A DNA stretch of 33,000 nt from Botryllus schlosseri (lineage: Eukaryota): NCBI GenBank assembly GCA_051294905.1, contig CM119376.1, positions 4,216,001 through 4,249,000 on the forward strand, read 5' to 3'. Under the pieces are notes generated by a model. It was not told where the DNA came from. It did not search any database and was given only the letters and a program-made list of their open reading frames with translations. This document shows positions 1-10,726 of this stretch, piece after piece (position 1 is the stretch's first letter; each line of letters opens with the position of its first letter). The position numbers were made by a program, and so were the translations under genes.

Positions 1-57
1 GGTCACTAAGTCTTAATGGACCGCCATTGACAGTGAGTAATATGTCGTCACGCCAAG

Positions 58-400
58 TTTCACACCTTAAACTACATTTAGCGGCTTCCCAATAGTATCA
101 ATACGCCAAGGTGACACCTGCGCGCGACCTTTTTATTTTTGTAATAATTCAAACCCGTGTTTTATAAGTCGATACACCATTTTGAAAGTACAGTACGCGT
201 GCTGGTTGAAAGGTAAATAAACAAACCGCAACAGGTGCGGCTACACTTTAACGCTAGATGGCGATATTAAATAATTTATTTTTTCAGACTTTTTGTGTTC
301 GTAACATTTTTCTCAAACAGAGTACTAAACTTGCCACAGTCTTTGCATGCGATATACCGAACAGAAAGGTCACTTCGTTTGACCTCGGAACTTCCGCCAT
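58..400. promoter_or_regulatory. Enhancer-like motif cluster in Uncx intron 2
   Basis: T-box half-sites TTTCACACCT (58-67) and TGACACCT (112-119), E-boxes CACCTG (115-120) and CAGGTG (232-237), Fox-like GTAAATAAACAAAC (213-226), inverted AGGTCA-n7-TGACCT (367-385). Motif matches only. Confidence 0.3.
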
Positions 401-1879
401 ATTGTTTTCTCTGTGGCTGTTTTGCGCAGGGATCAATATATTTGCCGAGTGTATCAGTGTGAATTTGCGCTAATGTTTAGCTATTACGACATCATTGAAA
501 TGTCAATGCGATAATATATTATACTTCACACTATCAAGAATACGACATGAAATGCGAGTCTGTATATCAAACACTGGTATAATTACAGTAAGTGATTATC
601 TCTTATATACCGTGATAGTACCGGTGGAGCTGGTAATGACAACTAACGAAAAATAGGGAGCCCTGTGACATCAAGAACATCAGGTATTACATTGGGAAGG
701 AGTGTATTGACTCGGAAACCTTTCCCAGGAAAGGATACTTTAATTAGTTTTTTGTCTTGGCCGTGCGATGATTTGGGACATTGAGCTGTCGTCATACCGA
801 CTCGCATCTGCACCTCGAAATTGATACTGTATCATTGTGACACAATGACGGGATGTTTTCCAACTGTAGCAATGTAACAAATGCCTTTTGTTGGAACAAA
901 ACCGATTTTGATTGAGGCAAGCTTTCATACAGATATCTTGGAATGAAAATTAACGAGGAGATATAATTGTATTTTTTCCTTCCGTGGCCTTATTGTGTGT
1001 GAAGTTAATTGGAGCTATCTCGTGTTTGTTAAAGAATACAACGGTTTATATGTACGACGCGCGGCTTCCTTCCCGGTGATACGCATTCAACATTGCAACG
1101 CAGGCATTCAATTCTGGCGTATATATTAGGCCTACCGTATTTCTCCTTTTAGGGGAATTCAACCTCTTTTCTGACGAGAACTTAATGGTCCTCCGAAGAC
1201 ACACAAATGTCCTGCTATTTTCTGATGTTGAGCTAGTTACTTATACATTCAAGTGATCAAGATTTTCAGACGAGAAGTATTAATTCCAAAAATTACTGTA
1301 GCCAGCCTATCAATTGAATAAGTTTCGATAATCCTTACGATTGTATATAATTTCAATGATATTCCGTGTGAACAATTTTACGATCTCGTTATAAATTATC
1401 ATTCTCTATTGGCAATAGTTGAGGTATAAGCAAAGTATTCATTGGCTGAATCCATAAAATAAATTTGATTTGTTGTTTTGTGTCTTTTTCTGTAACTTTT
1501 GCCTTCAACTACCAAGAAAATGTTACTTCTGAGTTTTATTCGCCGCCAAAAATGTCCTCTTTTTTATGGTTCTGAAAATATTAAGGCCTATAGTATATAT
1601 GCTTTTGCATCACAACATCTCAATATTTGTATGTGGGTTAAAGCTCAATGTACCCACAAGCAGATATTCACACAATAAACGCATTCTACAAAATTACACG
1701 TCCCTTGATCCGTCGGATTTGTTCCCGAATATGAACAGCTATATAGCTTGCCGACGATATTCCCGACATGCATACTTCTCATGAGCATTCACCGAAATAA
1801 CTCCATAATACGTGGATAAGGACAATCTGTACTTCCACGTTTGCAATTCTAACTCAAATAAACCTATCCAGCGACTTAC

Positions 1880-2002
1880 TTCCAGATGCGGTGGACCTCG
1901 AAGTGGCTGTTTGATCCTTGATCCGGGGTTGTGTTGTGACGCGACGAGTTTGACTTTTGGATTACAAGATAAGTCTTGTTTGTAACATGCTGGTGTAACA
2001 AA
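1880..2002 (-). other. Possible 123-nt cassette exon in Uncx intron 2
   Basis: Perfect donor GAA|GTAAGT, tandem acceptors CAG/GTAG (exon start 2006 or 2002), open in phase 0 from 2002. Weak polypyrimidine tract. Confidence 0.2.
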
Positions 2003-2364
2003 CTACCTGAGTAATCTGTACGATCGTTTTAGAATTTTATGGTTAGATTTTATGCTTGGGTGGAAGACGCGTAGTACTTTGATGGTGTAAAGGCCTATGG
2101 GGTTAAGTGTCCTTGATATTATTATTTGGGATGAAGTAACAATTAGGTCCGGTTGATTGCAGTTAATGCACTTAATTGTCACAGTGCTTAAACAACAAAT
2201 AAAAAAAAATTACCGGCAAGCTAAACGAAAGTAGAATTATCACGTTTGACTTTGTTGCTGTTTTACATTTCCTTGGTAGTTGCAGGCAAAAGTTACAAGA
2301 AGAAAGCAATTAATTACAAAAACAATCACAAAAACAACAAATCAAATTTATTTTTAACATTCAG

Positions 2365-2512
2365 CTCATGAATAATGTGCGGTTCCCTATAATTTTACCA
2401 ATTAGACATTACCATTTTAACGAGATCGTGAAATTGCGACAGATCCTCGCATGTAAAAAGGCCAAGATGTTACAGAGAGCGTCGAACAACGTTTGCAACA
2501 ACGTCCCAGAAG
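2365..2512 (+). other. Possible antisense exon (MNNVRFPIILPIRH...NVPE)
   Basis: Strong acceptor TTTATTTTTAACATTCAG, open frame, donor GAAG|GTAGGA; no recognisable homology. Confidence 0.15.
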
Positions 2513-4229
2513 GTAGGACTGGTAGGGAAAGTTGCTGAGAAACCTTTTTAAAACCATCAATTCAACATCTTTCATGGCTGATAGCTTTTTTACAACGTCT
2601 CACCTAAAAGTCTTGTTGAAATCATAAACAACTAACTCGAAACGCGAAAAAGAGGACATTTGTGCATTTTTAGCGTCCTCGGGTGCACCATTCTATTTTC
2701 TCAAGAAAATGGGAAAAATCCTCTTTAAAGAGGATGTACGGTAAGCCTGTATGACTGTTCTAACCACGATAGAACACATATTATAAAGGCAACCACACCA
2801 ACCACAAGACCGCAAAGGTCCTTACGGTATATTGGGATCTACAATAGACAACTATCTAAAATAGATCTGTATATATGCGCAGTACGCGCGAATCTGCATC
2901 ATCAGGTAACTTGGTGATGGTGTTAAGTTCGCTTACATTTCCAGGTCGATCGAAAGCCGCGGTAGTGACTCAATTTCTGCAGCAAGGCCAACTTATTTGC
3001 ATGTATAACCCTTGGTAATATGCGTATACCGTTCCGCGCAAAATCGATTGTCTTACTTCACGGGGCGTTGCTCTACTGTTTACAGTAACTGGCCATATTA
3101 TGCGATTGTTTTGTTTAACAATATATACGATAACGTTTATTTTCTTTGAGCGAATATCAGTAGCATCATGTCAGCGATGGTTGGGGGCGATATCGCTCTA
3201 AAACGTCTATCAGGCGCAGTTTATGGTTGCATCGTTTGGGGATACGATAAGCAGGAATCGGCGGTTGATTATATGGGTTGAACGAGATTGTTACCGCAGT
3301 TTTAAAATAGTTCAATTTCCTTTTACGCGCTATACGTCATCAGTCTTGTGGCGCCAGTATATTTCAACCCATTAGTTCCGGATGAGGGTTCAAACAAGCA
3401 AAGGTATACCTTAACATAGTAAACTTGTTTCGCCAAAAACATGTTGATAGTCGTAAACGGCGAGTACCAAGGATTCCAGAAATCTGATTTCGAATAATAA
3501 TATCTTGTTTCGTTCCGTTTTATGATTTCGATTCAGTTTTTAGGTACGCCGGCCATTTAGTCGAGAAATTCATCTCGTAGTTAAACCAAGTTATAAAGTT
3601 TCACAACTCATTGCACTAGAGATAACCTGGATACATAACGATCACGGTACATACGCACCTAATCATATCCAAGTTTGAACACCTTTTAACCTCTGTTATC
3701 TAGCGAAGGCTTGTAGACGCCTCGGCGATGGGACCTCAATGTTTTGCAAACTAGTACGCGCCTTGTTGGTATTCGCTTAACGACTTTTCCCCACTGCCAA
3801 CCGAACGTGCGTGCTAAATTAGTGTAAACTGTAAACCCATGCGACCTGATACACATCGTTACGCGGCGTGAACAAGATATTGGATAAGTAGGGTCAAAAC
3901 GATGAAATCATCAATATAGATAGCCATAAATCATTCTATGCATCGCTAATTTATATTGAGAAAATCTGAAGTTATTTAAATCATTATTAATGGAACAATT
4001 ATTCATCAAATCTCTCTCGATATAAATTCTATGTTACCGTATATGATTTGGTAACTTGCCAGCATCTATTGAGGCATTCAACGCATCATAACATTAAACT
4101 CTGGTCCAATTTGCAAGCGATACTATTGTAGAATCGCGTTAATGTTACACATCGGGATGTCGGACTCTATTTTGCCTCGCATCTGATCGATTACACGGGG
4201 TTGAATTTAGTCAACTGACCCGGCATCTG

Positions 4230-4270
4230 TAATTTGATTATTCGATCAACTTAACTTGGTAATTGAATTA
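4230..4270. promoter_or_regulatory. Two P3 palindromes (TAAT-YNR-ATTA), paired-class homeodomain dimer sites
   Basis: TAATTTGATTA at 4230-4240 and TAATTGAATTA at 4260-4270, starts exactly 30 bp apart, in non-repeat sequence of Uncx intron 2. Confidence 0.6.
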
Positions 4271-4522
4271 GCTGACGCGATATGATCGGATCGAGACAGG
4301 TAAACGGTGCTGGCTGTTGTAAATTTAGGATTGGATTACCACCGACGTGTTGTTGAGCTTGTCGGTTAACAGTGGCGGTTTGCTAAACCGGAAAAGGCTA
4401 TTTATTAGGAACTTAACTGATCATTTAGCAGCGGTAATGTCGGTGATGTATCAGTTCATGGTTGTCGGTTTGTTTAAAAGAGTGTTTACATTTAATATGT
4501 ACAAATGCGAGTATACGCGAAC

Positions 4523-5191
4523 CAGACTCGTACAAACTACGAATGGTTTTGTGAGTAGCTCTAGTTCTACTTCTAGTTCTAGTTGCTGATTAAAAAATTA
4601 AACAACTATAAAACAAGTCGTTTGGTGTGAGTCCTAATACCGGCGTTCTGTTGTGTGGTGTTCATGCAGCCATTGCTAGCCAGCGCTACTAACAGTGGCG
4701 TAGCCGGAGGGTGGGTTTGGAGTTGAACCCCTCCCATTTCAAACTTGTACTGATGTTCATGGGGAAAACCGATCCGATTCCGATAATATAATAATTAATG
4801 AATTGCTTCTGAATTGAACTTAGTTGGTTCAGTTAGTTAGTTACAGATTTTTAAAGTTTGTTAGTTCCAGTTCTAATTCTAGTTGCTAGTTTTTAAGAGT
4901 GACTAGTTCCAGTTGTTGGTTTCGAAAAGGGAGTAGTTTCAATTTTAGTCCCAGTTTCGCGTTTTGAAGAGTGAGTAGTTCTAGTTTTAATTCTAGTTGC
5001 TGGTTCTGAAAAGAGATTAGTTCTTATTTTAGTTCTAGTTGATAGTTTTGAAAAGTAAGTAGTCATAATTCTAGTATCTAGTTTTGAAAAGCGAGTAGTT
5101 CTAATTCTAGTTATGGTTGTGAGTTTTAAAAAAGTGATTACTTTCAATTCTAGTCGCGCACTTTGAAAATCCATTAGTTTGTACAAGTCCG
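4523..5191. mobile_element. hAT-type MITE with internal AACTAG/CTAGTT arrays
   Basis: TIRs CAGACTCGTACAAACTA / TAGTTTGTACAAGTCCG (15/17), degenerate 8-bp TSD ACGCGAAC/ACTCGTAC. Accounts for ORF 4893-5186. Confidence 0.7.
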
Positions 5192-5687
5192 ACTCGTACT
5201 GTGCACCGCATGTGTGCTGATATCAAGACCTGAGATATTTGTGGTATTCTTTTATCGGTGTCGGTGCCCTCAATTTCTTTATACTGTCCTAATCTCCAAG
5301 TTCGTTTTTTTTCGGTATCTCATCTGTAACACTTTGGAACCGGGCATACTCTGAGAATTGACCAGAAGGCATCGATCGTGGTAACGGGCAGAATACCGGG
5401 CTATCGCGAAGAACGTGGCTCCGACGGTTTATCACAGGCTTACAGATGGGACAGATTTAAAACAAAAGTTGCAGTTGTTGCCACCAATCACGGAAATAAC
5501 GTAATTTAAGAGATTGGACTGTGACATTATTGGATAACTTCTAAGATTGGATACAGGCTACTCATGCGATCGCTGACAGTGTATCGATTATATTTTCAAT
5601 TTTACATCCGCACCAGTAATTGTGCGGATTGTTGGGCGTACGATTTACCTTCTGTGACCTATTCCTTTCACCTCAGACCGCCGCTTC

Positions 5688-6036
5688 TACAGTTATACAA
5701 CTATTAAAAAAAATTAGCCTTTCCAAATTGCATTGGAATTAGAATTATAGCTAGACAATAGTTTCAAAATTAGATTAGAATTAGAATTACCGAATCCGGA
5801 AAAAATACAACAAAAACCAAGTTCAGCTCATTGTCACAAGCACGAGAACGGCAAATGTACAGCAAGCATGACTCGTTTCACACTACACAGCTCTCCTGTA
5901 ACATTTTCAGTGAACCAGAAATTAGATTAAAATTAAAATTAGAGCATAGACGAATTTCATAAATTAGATTAGAATTAAATTAGAGTCATTTCGCTCTAAT
6001 CAGTATAATTGGACAATTAGAAATTGTCAAAGTCAG
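5688..6036 (+). mobile_element. AATTAG-array MITE family copy (CAGACTTGGACAAC-type TIR), in Uncx intron 2
   Basis: AATTAGATTAGAATTAG arrays plus shared core CACGAGAACGGCAAATGTAC; right end TGTCAAAGTCAG. Left end degenerate and approximate. Confidence 0.65.
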
Positions 6037-6150
6037 ACTCTATACCTAACGTAACATCCCCAGTACTTCCCAATGAGTACTTTCAAGGTATTGATCGTTA
6101 TGTGACTGTGAAACAACTGGGGCGGAAATAGGCTATATAGTTTTCCGAAC

Positions 6151-6311
6151 CTGAATTCTGGCTTCGATTAAATCCAGACGCAGCGCTAATGCTTCTCTCA
6201 TGAAGATATCAGGATAATGCGTAGAGTTGAACGCTCTTTCTAGCTCCTCCAGTTGCCACTGGCTGTAGTTTGCCCTCGCCCTTCGTTGCTTTGAAGGCTT
6301 GGAATCATCTT
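6151..6311 (-). CDS. Uncx: Uncx/unc-4-like homeobox exon, homeodomain positions 1-46 ([53 protein letters not shown])
   Basis: Hand translation; too short for the ORF track. WQLEELE and [17 protein letters not shown] are Unc-4/Uncx family signatures. Acceptor TGTTTCAG|AA; donor CAG|GTTCGG falls at the conserved PRD-class intron between residues 46 and 47. No VWFQN exon found in 1-6150. Confidence 0.93.
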
Positions 6312-6557
6312 CTGAAACATTTTGGTTGCATCAATGTTTTTATAAGACTCATTTGCACATTCGATTCAACAATGCATTAGTAGCACTAGCAACTGTAGTA
6401 AGTGTTATGGTTTCCTTCTGCGCCAGTGTGTTTGTTCAATGTTTATGTTCGTGTCTACTGCATATCTTGGAACAATTGCGCATGCCGATAAATCGGAGCC
6501 GAAATGCCGATCTAAACCACGACTAAAATATAAAATACAATAATCTATAGTCTATAC

Positions 6558-6774
6558 CGGGGGTTCTTAAACATTTTAGATTACTGGAAGGTCATCACCT
6601 TAAACTCAACTCGAGGCTTTTGTTTGCCTAGAATTAAAATAGCTATGACTATAAAAAGTAGTCACTGTTCCACTGACGATGTCATTTTCAACGGATAATG
6701 TGATTTTGTAGTTTCTTGGTGACGGTTCGCGGAGCTCTATAGGGGGTTAGGGGACTCCAGTTTAAGATCCCCTG
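6558..6774. mobile_element. hAT-Charlie-like MITE (217 bp)
   Basis: TIRs CGGGGGTTCTTAAAC / GTTTAAGATCCCCTG; TSD GTCTATAC/GTCTATTC (7/8). Confidence 0.75.
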
Positions 6775-7037
6775 GTCTATTCAATGTAATTGGGCATAAG
6801 CAAGGATGCCGTACAACATAATTCTCTCCTATAGAGCCATGCATCGCGTTAAAACCTTTTTATGTGTTTTTTTTATGACTAGAATGACGATTCTCCATTC
6901 AAAATACAAATTCTAGAAGTCCTTTCGCACATTTCGTCAACCATTGATATTGCGGCCGCGAGGTGCATCTGTAATTTGTACTCTGGAGTATATTCATTTG
7001 GAGAAGCGCAGTATAAAAAGGTAAATAGTATCTAGTG

Positions 7038-8247
7038 CAGAGGTCTCAAACTCAAATGTGCCTGCGCGCCAGTTTTCCAGTTTTGACGACGCCGCGGGCC
7101 GCAGCATTTATAGGGGTTTTCTATGTCTTTCCACGTAGGCCTTATTTGGCGGGAATGAATTTTCCTATTGAAAGTGAGCCGATCCAGCAGACTGGCAGTA
7201 AACACACATCGTCAAAATGTGATTTACGTTTGTATCAATTTAGGCCTGGCACGAAAAGAATCATCACATTTATAACTATCTGAATAGAATTGTTGTTGTA
7301 CATGATATATATTACCTAAGATATAGACACCATATGGGCGGACAAATGTATGATGCCATCATAAAAGCGATAGGGTTATAATTTTTAGCTACTATGAATA
7401 TTTTGAATCCAACAGATTGATAATGGAGACTGATCTGACATCAAAACATTTTCAAGTTGAGCATTGTAATTCCAATCCAGGATTCGGGTCTACTTCTGAT
7501 AAGTAGGCTATTAATCTCATGACCAAATATCTTCAAATATAGGAGCAGAAAAAAATATAAATATAATATAAATATATTAATGAATGTGTCCTAGTGATTG
7601 AAATGTCGGAACGCCGAACGGCCCATTGCTGTTACATCGTTGGAGCGTACCACTACGGTACTCGGTACCTTTAAGTGGCCTTAATAACATGGTTTAGCGA
7701 CCAAAGATGTAACTAACAGATTGCCAATGGTTGCCATAACTATACTTGCCTCGTTAGCGAAATACCAAGCTGCGACCTTCTGATCGATTACTATTCCCCT
7801 GATACACGATTAGTTTGTTGCGTCCATGGTTCGAACAAATTTATGGCATTTCGAGTCACTCCAATTCCACTCGAGTCATTTTCATTTTGCCATCGAGTTA
7901 GCCCGAGTCTGAGTAATTCTAAGAAAGGTCGCGTCCAAGTCCAACTCACAAATTTTAGTCTAGAATCGTCTAAGGGTCCGGTTTTATCATCATGAATTGG
8001 AAATGTGGCGAAATAGTAAATGCTCCACTGCATGGTAGTGTTTGCAATTGTTGTGATAGTGAAGTTTGATGAATAGTTTAAGGCTTTCGGAGCAAGTTAA
8101 GAGGGAATTTTCACTTTATAACCTGAAAAAATATATGTGACACTCATATTTTGTCAATTTAATAAAAATCTAAAACGTCGTCACGGGCCGCAGAAAATTC
8201 TCTGGCGGGCCGCATGCGGCCCGCGGGCCGCGTGTTTGAGACCTCTG
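7038..8247. mobile_element. hAT-Charlie-like non-autonomous element (1210 bp)
   Basis: Perfect 14-bp TIR CAGAGGTCTCAAAC, perfect 8-bp TSD ATCTAGTG, subterminal GCGGGCCGC motifs. Contains a decayed GACTCG-family fragment at about 7845-7960. Confidence 0.88.
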
Positions 8248-8934
8248 ATCTAGTGGTTGAGACGATACAGTTAGTGCTTGACCAACATAAGGGCATGGTT
8301 TCGGCACAATTTCATCGTGGCATTAATGCAGGGCTGGTATTCGTTTGGCAACTGATAATAATCGGCGCTATTGAGGGTTCAGCGCAATGCGATAAGGCGA
8401 GATGTGCCTTGAAATCTGATAAGAATTGCCCTTTCGAAAAGAAAGTATAAACTAGCTCGTATGAGTAAATAGGAATTTATGGGTGATTGCAGCAACGCGT
8501 TCATGTTCTGTTGCACCGTGTAAACGGCGAGTTGCTGCTCTCCAAGAGAATATATAGTTCAAAGGGCGTTAAATGCTCCATTATATCAACGAAATATTCA
8601 GGCACAGCAACCATAGACGAAGTTCAACCCCTATTACTGCAGATTACGCGAAGATATCCCGCAACCACACACACCCCGGCGCATCTTCTCCCTAAGCGAT
8701 GCTTCTCGAAAATTACGGGCGCAAATATACTAAGAAAATAGCATCGGATTAATACACAAAATATTTTAAGTAATTTCGTTTAATCGGCGCATTAAAAGTT
8801 TACTGGGAAGGCAATTTAAGAGTATTTTATGCATGATAAGACTCCAATACCTCATATCATTTTTTTGCGTTTCCAAATCATCGTGTTTGCCCTGAGATAT
8901 ACTTCTATAGAGCGCCATCGAGGTATGAAACTTC

Positions 8935-9052
8935 AATATGCAATTGTATAATATATTCATATTTAAATTAACCCGAACATTTTCAGCTGACAATCGCCAG
9001 GGGTAATCGTCAGCAACCAGTAGAGAATTGGAAAGAACATTGTATTGTATAT
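8935..9052 (-). mobile_element. Hammerhead-repeat family copy A (degenerate core)
   Basis: Aligns with the 12625 arm. Core reads CTGGCGA...GAAA-ATGTT-C-GGGT on minus (8971-9004). Confidence 0.7.
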
Positions 9053-9242
9053 ATAGTTTTTCATCCGAGCGGGATTATTATACCATATATGTAAACCCAT
9101 CTCTTCGAAAGTGCTGGGTCAGAGATAATTCTATCTCCCGAGTGGTTTTAGTTATCAAGACGAAAGACGCTTTCCAATAACTTGTAAAAATCCGAGATGA
9201 TTTTACAGCGTGTTTGTAGTGATAACTCGCAACTTCCATTAC

Positions 9243-9440
9243 CCCGACGGTACTTCACTTTGTGGTTTGTTGTTGGCTGCCGTTTCGGGCGCCATTTTGA
9301 ATTCGGCTATCTCGCACGCGTCTCATTGGCCGCGTTTACGCCGGCGTATCGCTTGTGATCAGCAGCATTAAATCAATTGTGTATCATAACTGCAACGATT
9401 GAATTTTGACATAACCCCTTGGCTTTCGCCACGGTAAGTA
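9243..9440. promoter_or_regulatory. Promoter-like, possibly bidirectional, CpG-rich segment inside Uncx intron 1
   Basis: YY1-type GCGCCATTTT (9289-9298, AAAATGGCG on minus), ATTGG/CCAAT at 9326-9330, perfect plus-strand donor CACG|GTAAGTA at 9433/9434. Minus-strand ATG at 9295 opens MAPETAANNKPQSEVPS up to GG|GTAATG at 9243. Confidence 0.35.
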
Positions 9441-9829
9441 TTCTTGTCTATTGGGAACAAGCTGTTTAATTGTCACAATTGTCTCAGTCATAAAAGACAT
9501 GGGCTAATCGGTCATTTGTATTCGTAATCGCGTCAAATTCCAATGAGTTTCGTGCACAGCGTACAGATATGCAAACTCCGATTGAAAATTTGACCTGTAG
9601 TCTCCACACGCGTTAAAAAGTGGGCCGTGGTACATGTCGTCGGAGCAGTAATCACAAAAAAGAATATCGGCCTGGCGTAAAATAAGAAACGCGATCGAAA
9701 ACCATGCATGTAAAAACAATAGCAACTTGATTAAGGTCCGGTGGCATCCGACTTTCAGGTACAATTACCAAATATATATGAATTGATATCCAGCATAGCC
9801 CTGCCTTATTTCCGTGGTTAAAGAATCCG

Positions 9830-10010
9830 GCCTTATGGCTCGCTGCTTGGTATTATGGTATTTCGATATCCGCGAAAATTTTACACCGGGCCAATATAGG
9901 ATACTCTTGCTGAACTGCCGACTTATCTGGATCGGGTCGTGGTGAGGACAAGAATCTACGAGCCGTTGGTGATGCAGTCGTGGAGCATACCACTTTGGTG
10001 TTCACCACCG
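9830..10010 (-). mobile_element. Divergent SINE-related copy; a tail fragment lies on plus at about 9655-9730
   Basis: Shares a TATTGGCCCGGTGTAAAA ~ TATCGGCCTGGTGTAAAA block and an AAGTGGTATG head motif with the 10103 SINE. Boundaries approximate. Confidence 0.45.
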
Positions 10011-10102
10011 TTAAACGCAGGTGTATTATCGTAAATCGGTGTTAATAAAGCCGAGAGCATTCGAAATGTATGCATTACGATTACACGCATAACTTTTCCA
10101 TA

Positions 10103-10365
10103 GTGGCGAGATAGCTAATAAGTGGTATGATACACTGCTCCAATGTCAGTGGTTTGCGCGTTCGGGTCCGACCGAGTTCGACTCCAGAATTCCTACCCAA
10201 GTGTTGGAGATTAATCTAGGTTCCTCTTCGCCATCTGAACCGCGCAAACGGTGCCTAGAAGTAGGCCGTGCTACAAGTCTGTAGATACGGAATCGTAATC
10301 AAGAATGTCGGCCTGGTGTAAACGACCATTGCGGTCGAAACACATGAATACCACTAACAAACGAA
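10103..10365 (+). mobile_element. tRNA-derived SINE
   Basis: Head GTGGCGAGATAGCTAATAAGTGG (A-box-like), GTTCGGGTCC (B-box-like), body shared with the 19199 and 20955 copies, AAAC-like tail. Confidence 0.7.
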
Positions 10366-10514
10366 CATTATTCCAATAACATTTATTACTATCCACATTT
10401 TCTCAATTTATTCATCATTCACGTCGAATTGTATTGGCTTATTTTCATCGACAATAACGGTATGCAGTACTCCCTTAATTTCAACGCATCCATACCTCCA
10501 AGAAGCTCTTTAAA

Positions 10515-10635
10515 TACGATTGTTGATACACTCACAATGTTATTTCCAATTCTCTACTACTTGTTGACGATTACTCCTGACGAGTGTCACCCGAAAATAT
10601 TTGAGTTTATTTCAATATGAATGGACGATTCAAAT
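10515..10635 (+). mobile_element. Hammerhead-repeat family copy B
   Basis: TACGATTGTTGATA...AATTCTCTACTA...TTCAATATGAAT is shared with the other copies. Confidence 0.7.
10573..10606 (+). ncRNA. Minimal type-I hammerhead ribozyme motif (copy B)
   Basis: ACTC-CTGACGA-G(TGTCACC)C-GAAA-ATATT-T-GAGT. Catalytic core intact, palindromic AATATT helix III, helix I ACTC/GAGT compensatory relative to ACCC/GGGT in other copies. Predicted cut after 10602 (UUU triplet). Confidence 0.65.
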
Positions 10636-10726
10636 GCATTCATAACAAGTCACGATAAGACTCTTACCGCACAAATTTTCACGGCAATAACATAATGGGC
10701 ACTGTGCAGTATGGTAAATCGCTCAC

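Noticed and set aside
1171-1200. CTGACGA followed by a weak hairpin, as another possible hammerhead
   Set aside because: Followed by CGAAGAC rather than GAAA, no helix I/III, and inside a GAGGACA MITE fragment.
1810-1848. NCKRGSTDCPYP on minus, resembling a Muscleblind CCCH finger
   Set aside because: The first Cys half and the final His are missing, it would need a ~30-nt intron and a weak donor, and no other MBNL exons are present.
4510-4527. GTCTGGTTC (VWF) on minus as possible Uncx exon 3
   Set aside because: Continues VWFAYT rather than VWFQN, has no acceptor, and overlaps a MITE TIR.
4693-4745. CAGTGGCGTAGCC-type transposon end, with a loosely similar inverted end at about 32870-32917
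   Set aside because: Only isolated termini with no partner or TSD; too weak to call as elements.
4893-5186. Repetitive Thr/Arg/Lys-rich ORF
   Set aside because: Translation of the AACTAG arrays in a MITE.
5330-5508. 58-codon stop-free plus frame (FGTGHTLRIDQK...RWDRFKTKV)
   Set aside because: No ATG, no convincing splice sites, no recognisable family.
8034-8122. Good minus-strand acceptor TTTTTCAG at 8123 as an extra Uncx exon
   Set aside because: All three frames stop within a few codons, and it lies inside the 7038-8247 transposon.
10103-10175. tRNA-like head as a tRNA gene
   Set aside because: No complete cloverleaf; it continues into a body repeated elsewhere, so it is a SINE.
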